Of a stretch of 64,000 nt of DNA, positions 56,143 to 64,000 are shown in pieces (the first letter of the stretch is position 1; every line of letters starts with the position of its first letter). The notes under the pieces are model-generated. The model was not told the origin of the DNA. It saw only the letters and a list, made by a program, of their open reading frames with translations, and did not search any database. Origin of the DNA: an uncultured virus (IMG/VR IMGVR_UViG_3300009151_000055) (Duplodnaviria; Heunggongvirae; Uroviricota; Caudoviricetes); IMG/VR virus record IMGVR_UViG_3300009151_000055, positions 1-64,000 of that record; one strand, written 5' to 3'. The position numbers and the translations under genes were made by a program.

Positions 56143-56183
56143 TATGCCAGAGGATTGAGAAATCCTCTCTCACCTCTGGCATA
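56143..56183 (-). terminator. long stem-loop after the auxiliary capsid gene (terminator or processing site)
   Basis: TATGCCAGAGG...CCTCTGGCATA outer stem with inner TGAGA/TCTCA pairing. Confidence 0.6.
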
Positions 56184-56207
56184 GGGTTATGATTTGTTAT
56201 TTATTGA

Positions 56208-57407
56208 TTAAGGAATCAAAGTGGTTGTGGTAGTGGTGGTGGTAGAAGTACCAGTGGTAGTGGTAGAAGTAGTAGTTGATGGAGCAGGAGCACTGTTGTC
56301 AGTGTACAATCCTAAAGGACCAGCCCATGTACTAGTTACACCAGCCAAAGCAGCTTCAATTGCTGTAGCAAGAGAACCTCCAGCCAATACAGCTATAATC
56401 ACCATGCTTTCTTGAGGAATATAATCACCCCACTGATAAGCACTCTTATCGTATTCTGTAAATCTGATGTAATAAGTGTCATAAGTGGTGTTAGCAGATA
56501 CATAACTTTCAAAGTTTTGATTGTATCCAGCCATTCTGTAGAGATGCTTTAAATAACCAGCTTGGTAAGAATAATAATTCTTCTCAAGTTGAGTGATTTC
56601 GTCAGAACCTCCAGCAGGGTAAGAAGCACGTTGTAACACTGTAGCAGTGGCAACGATATTACAGTTGTCAGCTACGATGAAGTCAGCAGTGGTTGCAGGA
56701 CCTGAATATACAAATGTTCTGAAGTACATTCTGTCATACTCATAAGGGAATGCAGCAACGTCACAAGGAACACCATATTTAGTAAGAGCTTTACCAGTGA
56801 TTTGCAAATATGCTGTAGAACCAGTTCCCACTCTTGCAAATGTGAAGAATGTGCTAAAGCTAATGTTATCAGGGTTGATACCAGGAGCTTTTTGTGTAAG
56901 TTTTGCAATGAATTGATCAATTAATGCAGGAACATCAACATTGTCACAACCGCTTGCACCACAATCGCAACAAGGAGCTTGTACAGTTACAGAACGAGTG
57001 AAACCGTTGAAATACAAGGTGTCAATGTAAGAAGAGTGTGCACGTAATGTTAAAGTGACAACATCTCCACATTTTACATTAAATCCACTCACTTTAGTGA
57101 TTTGAGTTGTAGCATAAGCAATACCACTCACTTTATACCATTCAGTGACGTTTCTTCCAGTGCCTGCGTTGTTCTTACCAGAAATCTTGTCTGATCTTTT
57201 AGAACCTTGCAAGTAGGTGTTACCTCTACCTTGAGCAATATAAATGTAAGGAGCAGCAGCAAGTGTTGCAGCTGTTGCACTTGGAACATAAGCATCAGTG
57301 AAAATACCAAGTTGACCAGCAGTCAAATCTTGAGTGCTTCCTGTGGTAGGTAATGAAGTTTGGGCTGTAGGAACTACGAAGAGCGTAGTTAGAGAAAAAT
57401 CTGCCAT
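56208..57407 (-). CDS. auxiliary capsid / abundant structural protein with C-terminal Thr tail
   Basis: Third gene after the MCP, followed by a hairpin; beta-rich; ends STTTSTTTTGTSTTTTTTTTLIP. Confidence 0.65.
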   Translation of the reverse strand: MADFSLTTLFVVPTAQTSLPTTGSTQDLTAGQLGIFTDAYVPSATAATLAAAPYIYIAQGRGNTYLQGSKRSDKISGKNNAGTGRNVTEWYKVSGIAYATTQITKVSGFNVKCGDVVTLTLRAHSSYIDTLYFNGFTRSVTVQAPCCDCGASGCDNVDVPALIDQFIAKLTQKAPGINPDNISFSTFFTFARVGTGSTAYLQITGKALTKYGVPCDVAAFPYEYDRMYFRTFVYSGPATTADFIVADNCNIVATATVLQRASYPAGGSDEITQLEKNYYSYQAGYLKHLYRMAGYNQNFESYVSANTTYDTYYIRFTEYDKSAYQWGDYIPQESMVIIAVLAGGSLATAIEAALAGVTSTWAGPLGLYTDNSAPAPSTTTSTTTTGTSTTTTTTTTLIP

Positions 57408-57434
57408 TTTATTTTAATTTATTGTTTTAAATAA

Positions 57435-58166
57435 TTATTCGTTTGTTTTTATTCTAAATGCTGAATTTTGAACAGCACTTTGATTTTCTGTGTACATTGC
57501 TAAATTTTGAACTGTCAAATCAACAAGTTCATCTTCTAAATAGTTTTTCAATTCACAATCCTGATTTGTAGAATCTGTCCCATTCAATTTCACATAGCCT
57601 TCTTTGTCTATGTATTGAGGATAACGCATGTATGAGAGATGAAGTTTTTTTGGAATGAATGTTCCGTCTGTAAATATTCCTATACTATCTGAAGAAATGA
57701 TATTGAATGTTTCTTGATATTCGAAAGATGGTTTGTAATGAGTGTTTGTTAGAAACATAGAAAGATCACCATGTTTGGTTAAATCTTTGTTTATGTATAT
57801 TATTCTATCTTTACATCTTCCTTTGTCTGCTGTTAAATAACAATCTATATAAAACATGTATGCAGGCGTAAGATTTAAAAGAGAAGTTGTCCACTTATTC
57901 ATGTTTTCATCAGCTAAAACTAAGTCTAACGCATGTTTCTCATAAGGCTCAACAAGCTTCTGTAAATCTTCGTATCTCTTTTTAAAAGCATCAAGTCCTA
58001 ACCCACTTACAGTGCTATCACCATCAACTTTTTGTTTTATCAACTTAATCTGAGCTTCATTAAGAGCTAAGATTTTGTCTTCTAATGGAATTTGTTGATG
58101 GTCATTTGTTGATAGTTTATTTAGTTTCTGATCAATCTTGTATAATAAACTATCTACTGGTATCAT
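57435..58166 (-). CDS. tail ring/neck protein
   Basis: LNEAQ..L; LSYMRYP...CEL...L..E.VD.TV motif typical of crAss-like ring proteins. Confidence 0.65.
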   Translation of the reverse strand: MIPVDSLLYKIDQKLNKLSTNDHQQIPLEDKILALNEAQIKLIKQKVDGDSTVSGLGLDAFKKRYEDLQKLVEPYEKHALDLVLADENMNKWTTSLLNLTPAYMFYIDCYLTADKGRCKDRIIYINKDLTKHGDLSMFLTNTHYKPSFEYQETFNIISSDSIGIFTDGTFIPKKLHLSYMRYPQYIDKEGYVKLNGTDSTNQDCELKNYLEDELVDLTVQNLAMYTENQSAVQNSAFRIKTNE

Positions 58167-59131
58167 GTTGATGCTAGTTTTTTCATTTTTAATTTCTGTT
58201 CAAGCGTAAGAAGCTCATCTTGATTATTATCATCTACAAGAAACTTAATCAAATCATCTTCGTCTTTTGCTATCTCAAATTCACCTTCATAAACTTTACC
58301 ATTTGGTTTCAATCTATAGATGGAATGTTGAACTGCTTGTTTTACTAAGTCTCTAACGTGTAAAAGATTTTCTTTCATGTCAGCAAATCTTGTAAAAACT
58401 TCTATTGTTGAAAGTCCTTGATATTTTCCTGTTTTAAATTCTACATCTTTAAGAAGATTATCTACTAAATTGTAAACCACTTCTTCTTTTGTGTCAGATG
58501 TTACGGGAAGTCCTAAAAGTCTTGCAACTTTTTGTTTCTTATCTGGACCCATCGCATCAAACTTACTAATTGCTTTGTTTACAATTTGTTTCTTCTTAAA
58601 CAATATTGTACTTTCTAATTCATCATCAACAACATAAAATTGTGTATCAGCAGGAAATTCACCTCTTTCCCAAGCTTGATAGGAGCTGGCAATTGTAGGA
58701 TGTACTCTCAGCCAAGAAAAAGCGAGTTCTAACATAGGGTTTGAAAAATCAAAATAGTTGTCACCATCTAGAAGTTTTACAGGTTGAACATGTGTAGTGT
58801 CATATTCTGATGCACTAAGACCGCTGTTCCAGAATGTAGAACGAGGACCTAAGTCCACTCCTCCTAATGCATCTTCTAGTTTTGTTTTTAGGTTGGTAAC
58901 TCTTTCAATTTCTAATTCTCTCTCAAGAGGATCGCTGATGCGTTTAATATATGAAGCATTTGGATTCAATCCTGTTCTATATTGACCATCGATTTCTCTA
59001 TATGGATACTTGAACACTCCTGTTCCAGGAACTCTTGTCATACCTTTTTGAGAAAGTCCTCCTTGCATTGTTTGCAATTGACTATTGTTATACTCTTTCT
59101 TTAACGTAGAGATTTTTCCTATCTTTGCCAT
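58163..59131 (-). CDS. conserved crAss-like protein downstream of the MCP (gene 75-like)
   Basis: Synteny; FW...L.DG...D.SNP...L...W...HP.IA.S. Confidence 0.6.
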   Translation of the reverse strand: MAKIGKISTLKKEYNNSQLQTMQGGLSQKGMTRVPGTGVFKYPYREIDGQYRTGLNPNASYIKRISDPLERELEIERVTNLKTKLEDALGGVDLGPRSTFWNSGLSASEYDTTHVQPVKLLDGDNYFDFSNPMLELAFSWLRVHPTIASSYQAWERGEFPADTQFYVVDDELESTILFKKKQIVNKAISKFDAMGPDKKQKVARLLGLPVTSDTKEEVVYNLVDNLLKDVEFKTGKYQGLSTIEVFTRFADMKENLLHVRDLVKQAVQHSIYRLKPNGKVYEGEFEIAKDEDDLIKFLVDDNNQDELLTLEQKLKMKKLAST

Positions 59132-59230
59132 TATTTAGTTGTTTTGGTTTTTTTTATTTTGTTTTTGCAGAATGATCCTCATCGAAGAGATAGCAATTAA
59201 GTTATCACCTTAATTCTTCATTCTGTATGT

Positions 59231-59271
59231 AAGAAGACTCCCCCACTTGGAGGTGGGGGGAGATTCTTCTT
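59231..59271 (-). terminator. GC-rich hairpin downstream of the MCP
   Basis: AAGAAGA-CTCCCCCAC-ttggag-GTGGGGGGAG-A-TTCTTCTT inverted repeat. Confidence 0.65.
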
Positions 59272-59336
59272 GGTAGGATGTATAAACACTATTGCTAGTG
59301 TGTGTAGGTCTAGAAATACTATTCCTAGGGGGATTA

Positions 59337-60890
59337 TTAGAACTGTGGTATTTCTTCGATCAAAACTGTGCGAGATAAATCTTCGATGAATACATCGCAT
59401 CTATCTTTCATCCAAATTTCATAACCAGGGAACTTGTTAGCAGAACTCATACCTTGAGATTTTGCAAAACCTAAGTGGTGACGAGTACCATCAATATATC
59501 CCCAAGTCATAGAAGGAGCACCTTTCATTCTCACTTCTCTGATGTTGTTCACCATTGAACCATCGCTCATTGGAGACACATCAAATACCATGAATACAGG
59601 AGTGGATTTTTTGTTTTGACCAAATTCTAAATTTGATTGTGGAAGATCAAGTTCTTTCAAGTGAATCAACTCTACACGACCAGTTTCACGAGTGACCATT
59701 GAGTCAAACGCAAAGTTGTAAGTGATGTGCTGACCTTCACCTTGCATGTAACGATTACCGCTATCTGCCATGAAAGTAAGTCCTGAATTTAAAGCATCTG
59801 TTTTCAAAGCTTGTTGGAAAACGTCAAATCCTGCTTCATTGGTGTACATTTTCACCTTACGGTCTTTAACGTCCACCCTTCTGTAGAAAAGATCACCAAA
59901 TACACTTCTGATTAAGTTTGCAGTGAATTCACCACGATTGTATTGTACTAAGTTACCGTTGTTTCTCATTCTGTGGTAAACACCAGCAGATGTACGCTTT
60001 AATTCTGGCTTAGAACCATTAGTTTTCACTGTACCTGGTTTAGCCCAAATCATACGCTTCACTTTCAATTCTAACATAGACTTACGCATCCAGAACTCAA
60101 TGAATGGTTCCCATTTAACATCGTTACGAGTTAAAGGAAGTTGGTTTCTGCGTTGAGGAGCATACACCAAAATATCCAAAGCTTTACCAGAAGCATCTTT
60201 CATCATCTTGTCATCAGCCCACTCAGTGATTTTGTGCTCATAACCATATGCTGATCCTAAAGATTCAAACATAGTGATTTTCTCACCCAAACGAGGAAGT
60301 CCTAACAAGTCTTGATCAAATTCGCCAATTGCAGCGTCAATCAATTCAAGTTCAATACCTGTCTGAAGGAATGTAGAACTAACAAAATCCACTGTAGGGT
60401 TATCAGACACAAGAGTGAATGAATACAAATATCCAGCATTCCAAGGAAGAGGATCTTTAACTACGTAGAAACGAGGACCATACTGACGAGTGCCTACAGA
60501 TACAATTGCATTCTTAGAGAACTCATTAGTATCAAGAACAAGAGAAAATTCTTGACCATCGATACCAGGTTTTGTAAGATTGGAAGTTGCTGTAGGAATA
60601 TCGATAATTTTAGGAAACTTGTAAGGAACTTGAATGTCCCATTTCCAAGCATCACTGTTATTATCAATATAAAAAGGAGTGGACTTGTTAATCATGTCCA
60701 AGAAATCGTTAGAATACAAAGAACTCTGTGTGTAAAGACTGATGATTTTCTTATCATAGTCTGCAGGTTCTGTAGAGTGAAAACTTTCTAAGTGGTTAGC
60801 ATCAGTAAGCTTGCCCACCGCTCTTTTGTCCATTGAAGCCACTCTGGCATATGTAAAGCCAGTAACTCCAGGAATTGTTGAAATTGCCAT
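59337..60890 (-). CDS. major capsid protein (crAss-like)
   Basis: LTDANHL N-terminal motif; WKWDI; 517 aa; portal-scaffold-MCP synteny; followed by a strong hairpin. Confidence 0.85.
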   Translation of the reverse strand: MAISTIPGVTGFTYARVASMDKRAVGKLTDANHLESFHSTEPADYDKKIISLYTQSSLYSNDFLDMINKSTPFYIDNNSDAWKWDIQVPYKFPKIIDIPTATSNLTKPGIDGQEFSLVLDTNEFSKNAIVSVGTRQYGPRFYVVKDPLPWNAGYLYSFTLVSDNPTVDFVSSTFLQTGIELELIDAAIGEFDQDLLGLPRLGEKITMFESLGSAYGYEHKITEWADDKMMKDASGKALDILVYAPQRRNQLPLTRNDVKWEPFIEFWMRKSMLELKVKRMIWAKPGTVKTNGSKPELKRTSAGVYHRMRNNGNLVQYNRGEFTANLIRSVFGDLFYRRVDVKDRKVKMYTNEAGFDVFQQALKTDALNSGLTFMADSGNRYMQGEGQHITYNFAFDSMVTRETGRVELIHLKELDLPQSNLEFGQNKKSTPVFMVFDVSPMSDGSMVNNIREVRMKGAPSMTWGYIDGTRHHLGFAKSQGMSSANKFPGYEIWMKDRCDVFIEDLSRTVLIEEIPQF

Positions 60891-60915
60891 TTTTATTATC
60901 TTTTATTATTATTTG

Positions 60916-62163
60916 TTACAGAAACCAAGATGATGGTTTTGATGAGCTTAGTGATTTGCCACTTTTTGAAGTTTGTCTTGCCACTTCACTAAACAACTCA
61001 TCTGATTTTTTACTCACTGCCCTTTTTTGTATTGTTGAAAGTGTAGGGTCAGTTTCTAGAATTTTTAAAAGCAGTCCCACTTTCACTTTCATCTCATGAT
61101 TCTCTGGTCTTTTTAATTCAAGAATTTGTCTATCAAACTCTGTAAGTTTTTCTCCTGATGGAGTTTGATATTTTTCTGTCACTAAGAAGTCCTGTAGATC
61201 ACCAGCAAGTTTGGGATTGATGGGAATACCATCAAATTCTTTTGTTTTTAGTTTTGACTGTAGAACATTTTGTACGTTGTTTACGTATTGTTGTCTAAAG
61301 GCATATTGCTTTTGTAATCTTTCTTCGTTTTGTCTTTCTAACTGTTGGAGTTTTGCTGCTTCTTTTTTCACTAACACCTTGTGGTGTTTTTGTGCTACAG
61401 TTTCTAAATCTCCATAATTTTTTAGTCTTTCAATTTCTGAATCAACATCTTCTGGATCAAATCCTTGATCAGCAAGAGCTTGTTTCAAAACTGCTTCCTG
61501 ATTTCTTTCTTCAGAAAGATCAAGGTTTGCAAAACTTTCTATGTTATTATATACACCAAAGTATTCTTTAGGATCTACACCTTTTACAAAGATTGCATCG
61601 AATGCTTGTTGATAATCTTCACCAAACTGTCCTATGAAGTTTTGCACTATTTCTATAGATCCTTTCTTCTTTTCTAGATTGAATCTTTCAAGGAAGTCTT
61701 CTGCTGATTCAATGTTAACATCCTCTTCATCTTCGTCTTTATTAAAAACTCCAAGTTTGAATAAATCATTAGAAAGGGCTGTAAATCTATTTGATACATC
61801 ATCATTGTCATCATCATCAGATTCTTCATTTGAAGGAGCTGTTTTAGATTTTGCAGATGGTTTTGCAGGAATATCGTCATCATCATCTTCTTCTTCTGTT
61901 TCTCCAAGAAGAAAATCTTGAATCGATTTGCTTGCGTCAGATTCTTCCTTTTTAGGAGCATCGCTTTCTGTAGTTTTTGGGGATGATGATTTTGTGGAGG
62001 GTTTTGGAGCTTCTTCTTTTATTTCAGTCACTTCTTCTGGAGAAGCAGTGGATGTTTCTGCGGACATTAGGTCTTTAAGCAATTCTTGATTGCCCATTCC
62101 CATTTCCATTGTATTTTGTATACTGAAATCTCCAAATGATGGGGTTTCTAAATTATCAGACAT
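60916..62163 (-). CDS. acidic scaffold-like protein (crAss gene 77-like)
   Basis: D/E-rich disordered N-terminus and coiled coil; between portal and MCP. Confidence 0.7.
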   Translation of the reverse strand: MSDNLETPSFGDFSIQNTMEMGMGNQELLKDLMSAETSTASPEEVTEIKEEAPKPSTKSSSPKTTESDAPKKEESDASKSIQDFLLGETEEEDDDDDIPAKPSAKSKTAPSNEESDDDDNDDVSNRFTALSNDLFKLGVFNKDEDEEDVNIESAEDFLERFNLEKKKGSIEIVQNFIGQFGEDYQQAFDAIFVKGVDPKEYFGVYNNIESFANLDLSEERNQEAVLKQALADQGFDPEDVDSEIERLKNYGDLETVAQKHHKVLVKKEAAKLQQLERQNEERLQKQYAFRQQYVNNVQNVLQSKLKTKEFDGIPINPKLAGDLQDFLVTEKYQTPSGEKLTEFDRQILELKRPENHEMKVKVGLLLKILETDPTLSTIQKRAVSKKSDELFSEVARQTSKSGKSLSSSKPSSWFL

Positions 62164-62184
62164 ATGTAGTTTTGGTTTATAGTG

Positions 62185-62215
62185 TAAAAATATGTATTAA
62201 ATGTATTCTAACAAA
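62185..62215 (-). promoter_or_regulatory. near-consensus Bacteroidota promoter for the scaffold/MCP genes
   Basis: TTTG-N19-TATTTTTA (one mismatch to TAnnTTTG). Confidence 0.4.
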
Positions 62216-62261
62216 CACATTAGGTTTGAAAACAGTGAATTTTGAATTTAATATGGCATTA

Positions 62262-64000
62262 CTATTTCTTACTCTTTGATGCTCTGTTCTTTGCATTTGT
62301 TCTAGCAATCTCTAAATCATTCTTTTGATTTTCTCTTGCCACTTGAAGCTTCTCTCTTTCTAAAGCCATCTTATCGTTTGATTGTTTATTCTTTAATTGA
62401 ATGTCTTGCATTTTCAACTGATAATCTTTTGCAGCCTTTTCCTGCTCGTGAGAAAGCTTACTCATTTCTAATACGTCTGGAACAGCGTTCTGGTCAACAT
62501 CTTCTGCTGCAACATTACCATATCCTGTTGCTGAAATAATTGCAATCTTCTCTTTAGAAAGTCTATCAAGTTGTTTTTGATAGTCATCATGAGCTATTTG
62601 CTCTTCATGTTGTTGTTGTTGTTGTGCCAATTGAGCTTGAGCTTGTTCTTGTTGAGCTTGTTGCTGCTGTTGTTGCATTTGTTGTTGTTGGTCTTGCATT
62701 TGCTCTTGTCTATCTTTCAATGTCTTAAACACCTTCTTCATTTGACGTACAGAATCTGTAGAATACAATTCTATAATGTCGTACAATGATCCACCATTCT
62801 GTATAACAGCTTGAGACAATTGTCTAATCTCTTCAAACATCTTCTTATCTTCAGGTCTATTTGTAGCAAACACTTTCAAATCTCTAAATCTCAAATCTGT
62901 ACCATTCACTTCTACAAATGCTGATTCTCCTTTAGATGTAATGTATGAAATTGTTGATTGAGGCTTTTTGCTTTCTACATAGAGAGAAGCATCAATAACA
63001 GCTTGATAGAGTTGTCCTAATACATATTCATGAGCTACAAAAAGAGGTTCTGTTTGAGAATAACTTTGTGTAAGAGCAGCATTTGTTCCTGTAGCAGATT
63101 CTGATGCAGAAATACTTCCCATTCTCTGTTTAGACATACCTATCAATTCCCAACACTCATTCTTCATTTGTTGTGCAAGAGTGTAACGAGATTGTATTTC
63201 TTGTGTTCTTGTTAAATCAATGTCTCTGAACTGGTTGAAAGAAGATGGTGCTTTTAGATTTTCTGGAGAGTCATCAATAAATACCACTCCTCGATTTCTT
63301 GCTTCCAACTCCCACATATCAAGAGCATCTTGTGCATCTCCGTCTTTTGGAACAGGAATGTGTCTAATTGATGTTAAATAAACCTTTCCTATTTCTTTCT
63401 CAAGAAGTTTGAACAGTTGATTCATACAAACATTGTATATCACCTGAAAAGGTTTCATTAAGTCTACTAAAGACTTCGCTTCTGTGTTCTTCACTTCATG
63501 TGTAAGTCCTATAATAGGACAGTATGGAAGAAGCTTGTAAGGTTTGATGTGATAGATGTCTGGTCCTATCTTCACTCCTTCATACCATTGATTCACCCAT
63601 CCCCATTCTAAAGACTGTTGTGTAGGAATGGTGTTACTTTTGTAACTCTCATCAACTAATATTGATTGTTCATTTCCCATTTCATCTAAGAATATAAGCT
63701 TCCCTATTTTCTTTTTTGAAATCCAATAAGCTCTTACAACAACATATTTGTATCCAAATGAGGAAACATTTGATGTGAGTCCTAAAAAGTCTTTTAGTCC
63801 ATCATTGTTCTCTTTCATTTCTGATTCAATAATCATTCTTGTACGAAGCACAAGAGGATCATAGGTGTCGTATTGTACAGAGTCTGTTCCAGGAGTGGCA
63901 TTAGGGTTTCCCAAATTAGACTCTCTCACATTTATAAGTCCGTAGTCTTGTAAAGAACTTCTTAAATGATCTATCTCTTCTTTAGTGATGAATGGGAATG
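62262..64000 (-). CDS. portal protein, 5' end beyond the window
   Basis: Frame stays open upstream of 63929 (..FPFITKEEIDHLRSS..); YWIS.KKIG, W.N.WYEG.KIG, SLVDLMKPFQ..YN, G.S.QR.G motifs; Gln-rich C-terminus. Confidence 0.88.
   Translation of the reverse strand, partial: FPFITKEEIDHLRSSLQDYGLINVRESNLGNPNATPGTDSVQYDTYDPLVLRTRMIIESEMKENNDGLKDFLGLTSNVSSFGYKYVVVRAYWISKKKIGKLIFLDEMGNEQSILVDESYKSNTIPTQQSLEWGWVNQWYEGVKIGPDIYHIKPYKLLPYCPIIGLTHEVKNTEAKSLVDLMKPFQVIYNVCMNQLFKLLEKEIGKVYLTSIRHIPVPKDGDAQDALDMWELEARNRGVVFIDDSPENLKAPSSFNQFRDIDLTRTQEIQSRYTLAQQMKNECWELIGMSKQRMGSISASESATGTNAALTQSYSQTEPLFVAHEYVLGQLYQAVIDASLYVESKKPQSTISYITSKGESAFVEVNGTDLRFRDLKVFATNRPEDKKMFEEIRQLSQAVIQNGGSLYDIIELYSTDSVRQMKKVFKTLKDRQEQMQDQQQQMQQQQQQAQQEQAQAQLAQQQQQHEEQIAHDDYQKQLDRLSKEKIAIISATGYGNVAAEDVDQNAVPDVLEMSKLSHEQEKAAKDYQLKMQDIQLKNKQSNDKMALEREKLQVARENQKNDLEIARTNAKNRASKSKK

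Noticed and set aside
59218..59400. 60-aa ORF or ncRNA downstream of the MCP
   Set aside because: Overlaps the MCP end and runs through the hairpin; no tRNA cloverleaf or known RNA motif recognised
62595..62710. Poly-Gln tract in the portal
   Set aside because: Ordinary coiled-coil barrel feature of podophage portals
1..64000. Stop-codon reassignment (TAG or TGA), known in some crAss-like phages
   Set aside because: Genes up to 14 kb are open in the standard code, and TAG/TGA act as real stops at tight gene junctions (e.g. 3916, 11720, 55575, 58163)

Overview
AT-rich, gene-dense segment of a lytic crAss-like (Crassvirales-type) podophage with a Bacteroidota host, inferred from TAnnTTTG-type promoters and gene content. 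It reads in the standard genetic code. Bases 1-2069 (+) are the end of a rightward block: HNH-like ORF, PhoH, a hypothetical, and a lectin/glycosyltransferase-like gene. This block converges at a bidirectional terminator with a ~62-kb leftward virion block. From right to left that block holds: portal (truncated by the window end), acidic scaffold-like protein, major capsid protein, ring and auxiliary capsid proteins, Cys-rich fibre/collar proteins, a metallophosphoesterase, an IHF-like gene, an HNH, the tail tubular protein, a tail stabilisation (muzzle) gene split in two, cargo proteins, a 4744-aa virion RNA polymerase, an 1806-aa polyvalent protein, tail fibres, lysis genes, an HNH, a glycosyltransferase, a ferritin-like gene and eight tiny basic proteins. 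Two candidate systems stand out. (1) Phage-encoded protein O-glycosylation: a GT95/GT96-like enzyme in the late block plus five proteins with mucin-like Thr/Ser tracts. (2) A repeated short 'x-x-x-G(G)' motif that punctuates the cargo and small basic proteins and brackets enzymatic payloads (ADP-ribosyltransferase, lysozyme-like, CHAP-like, M15 peptidase). All family calls come from motif recognition by eye, not database searches.
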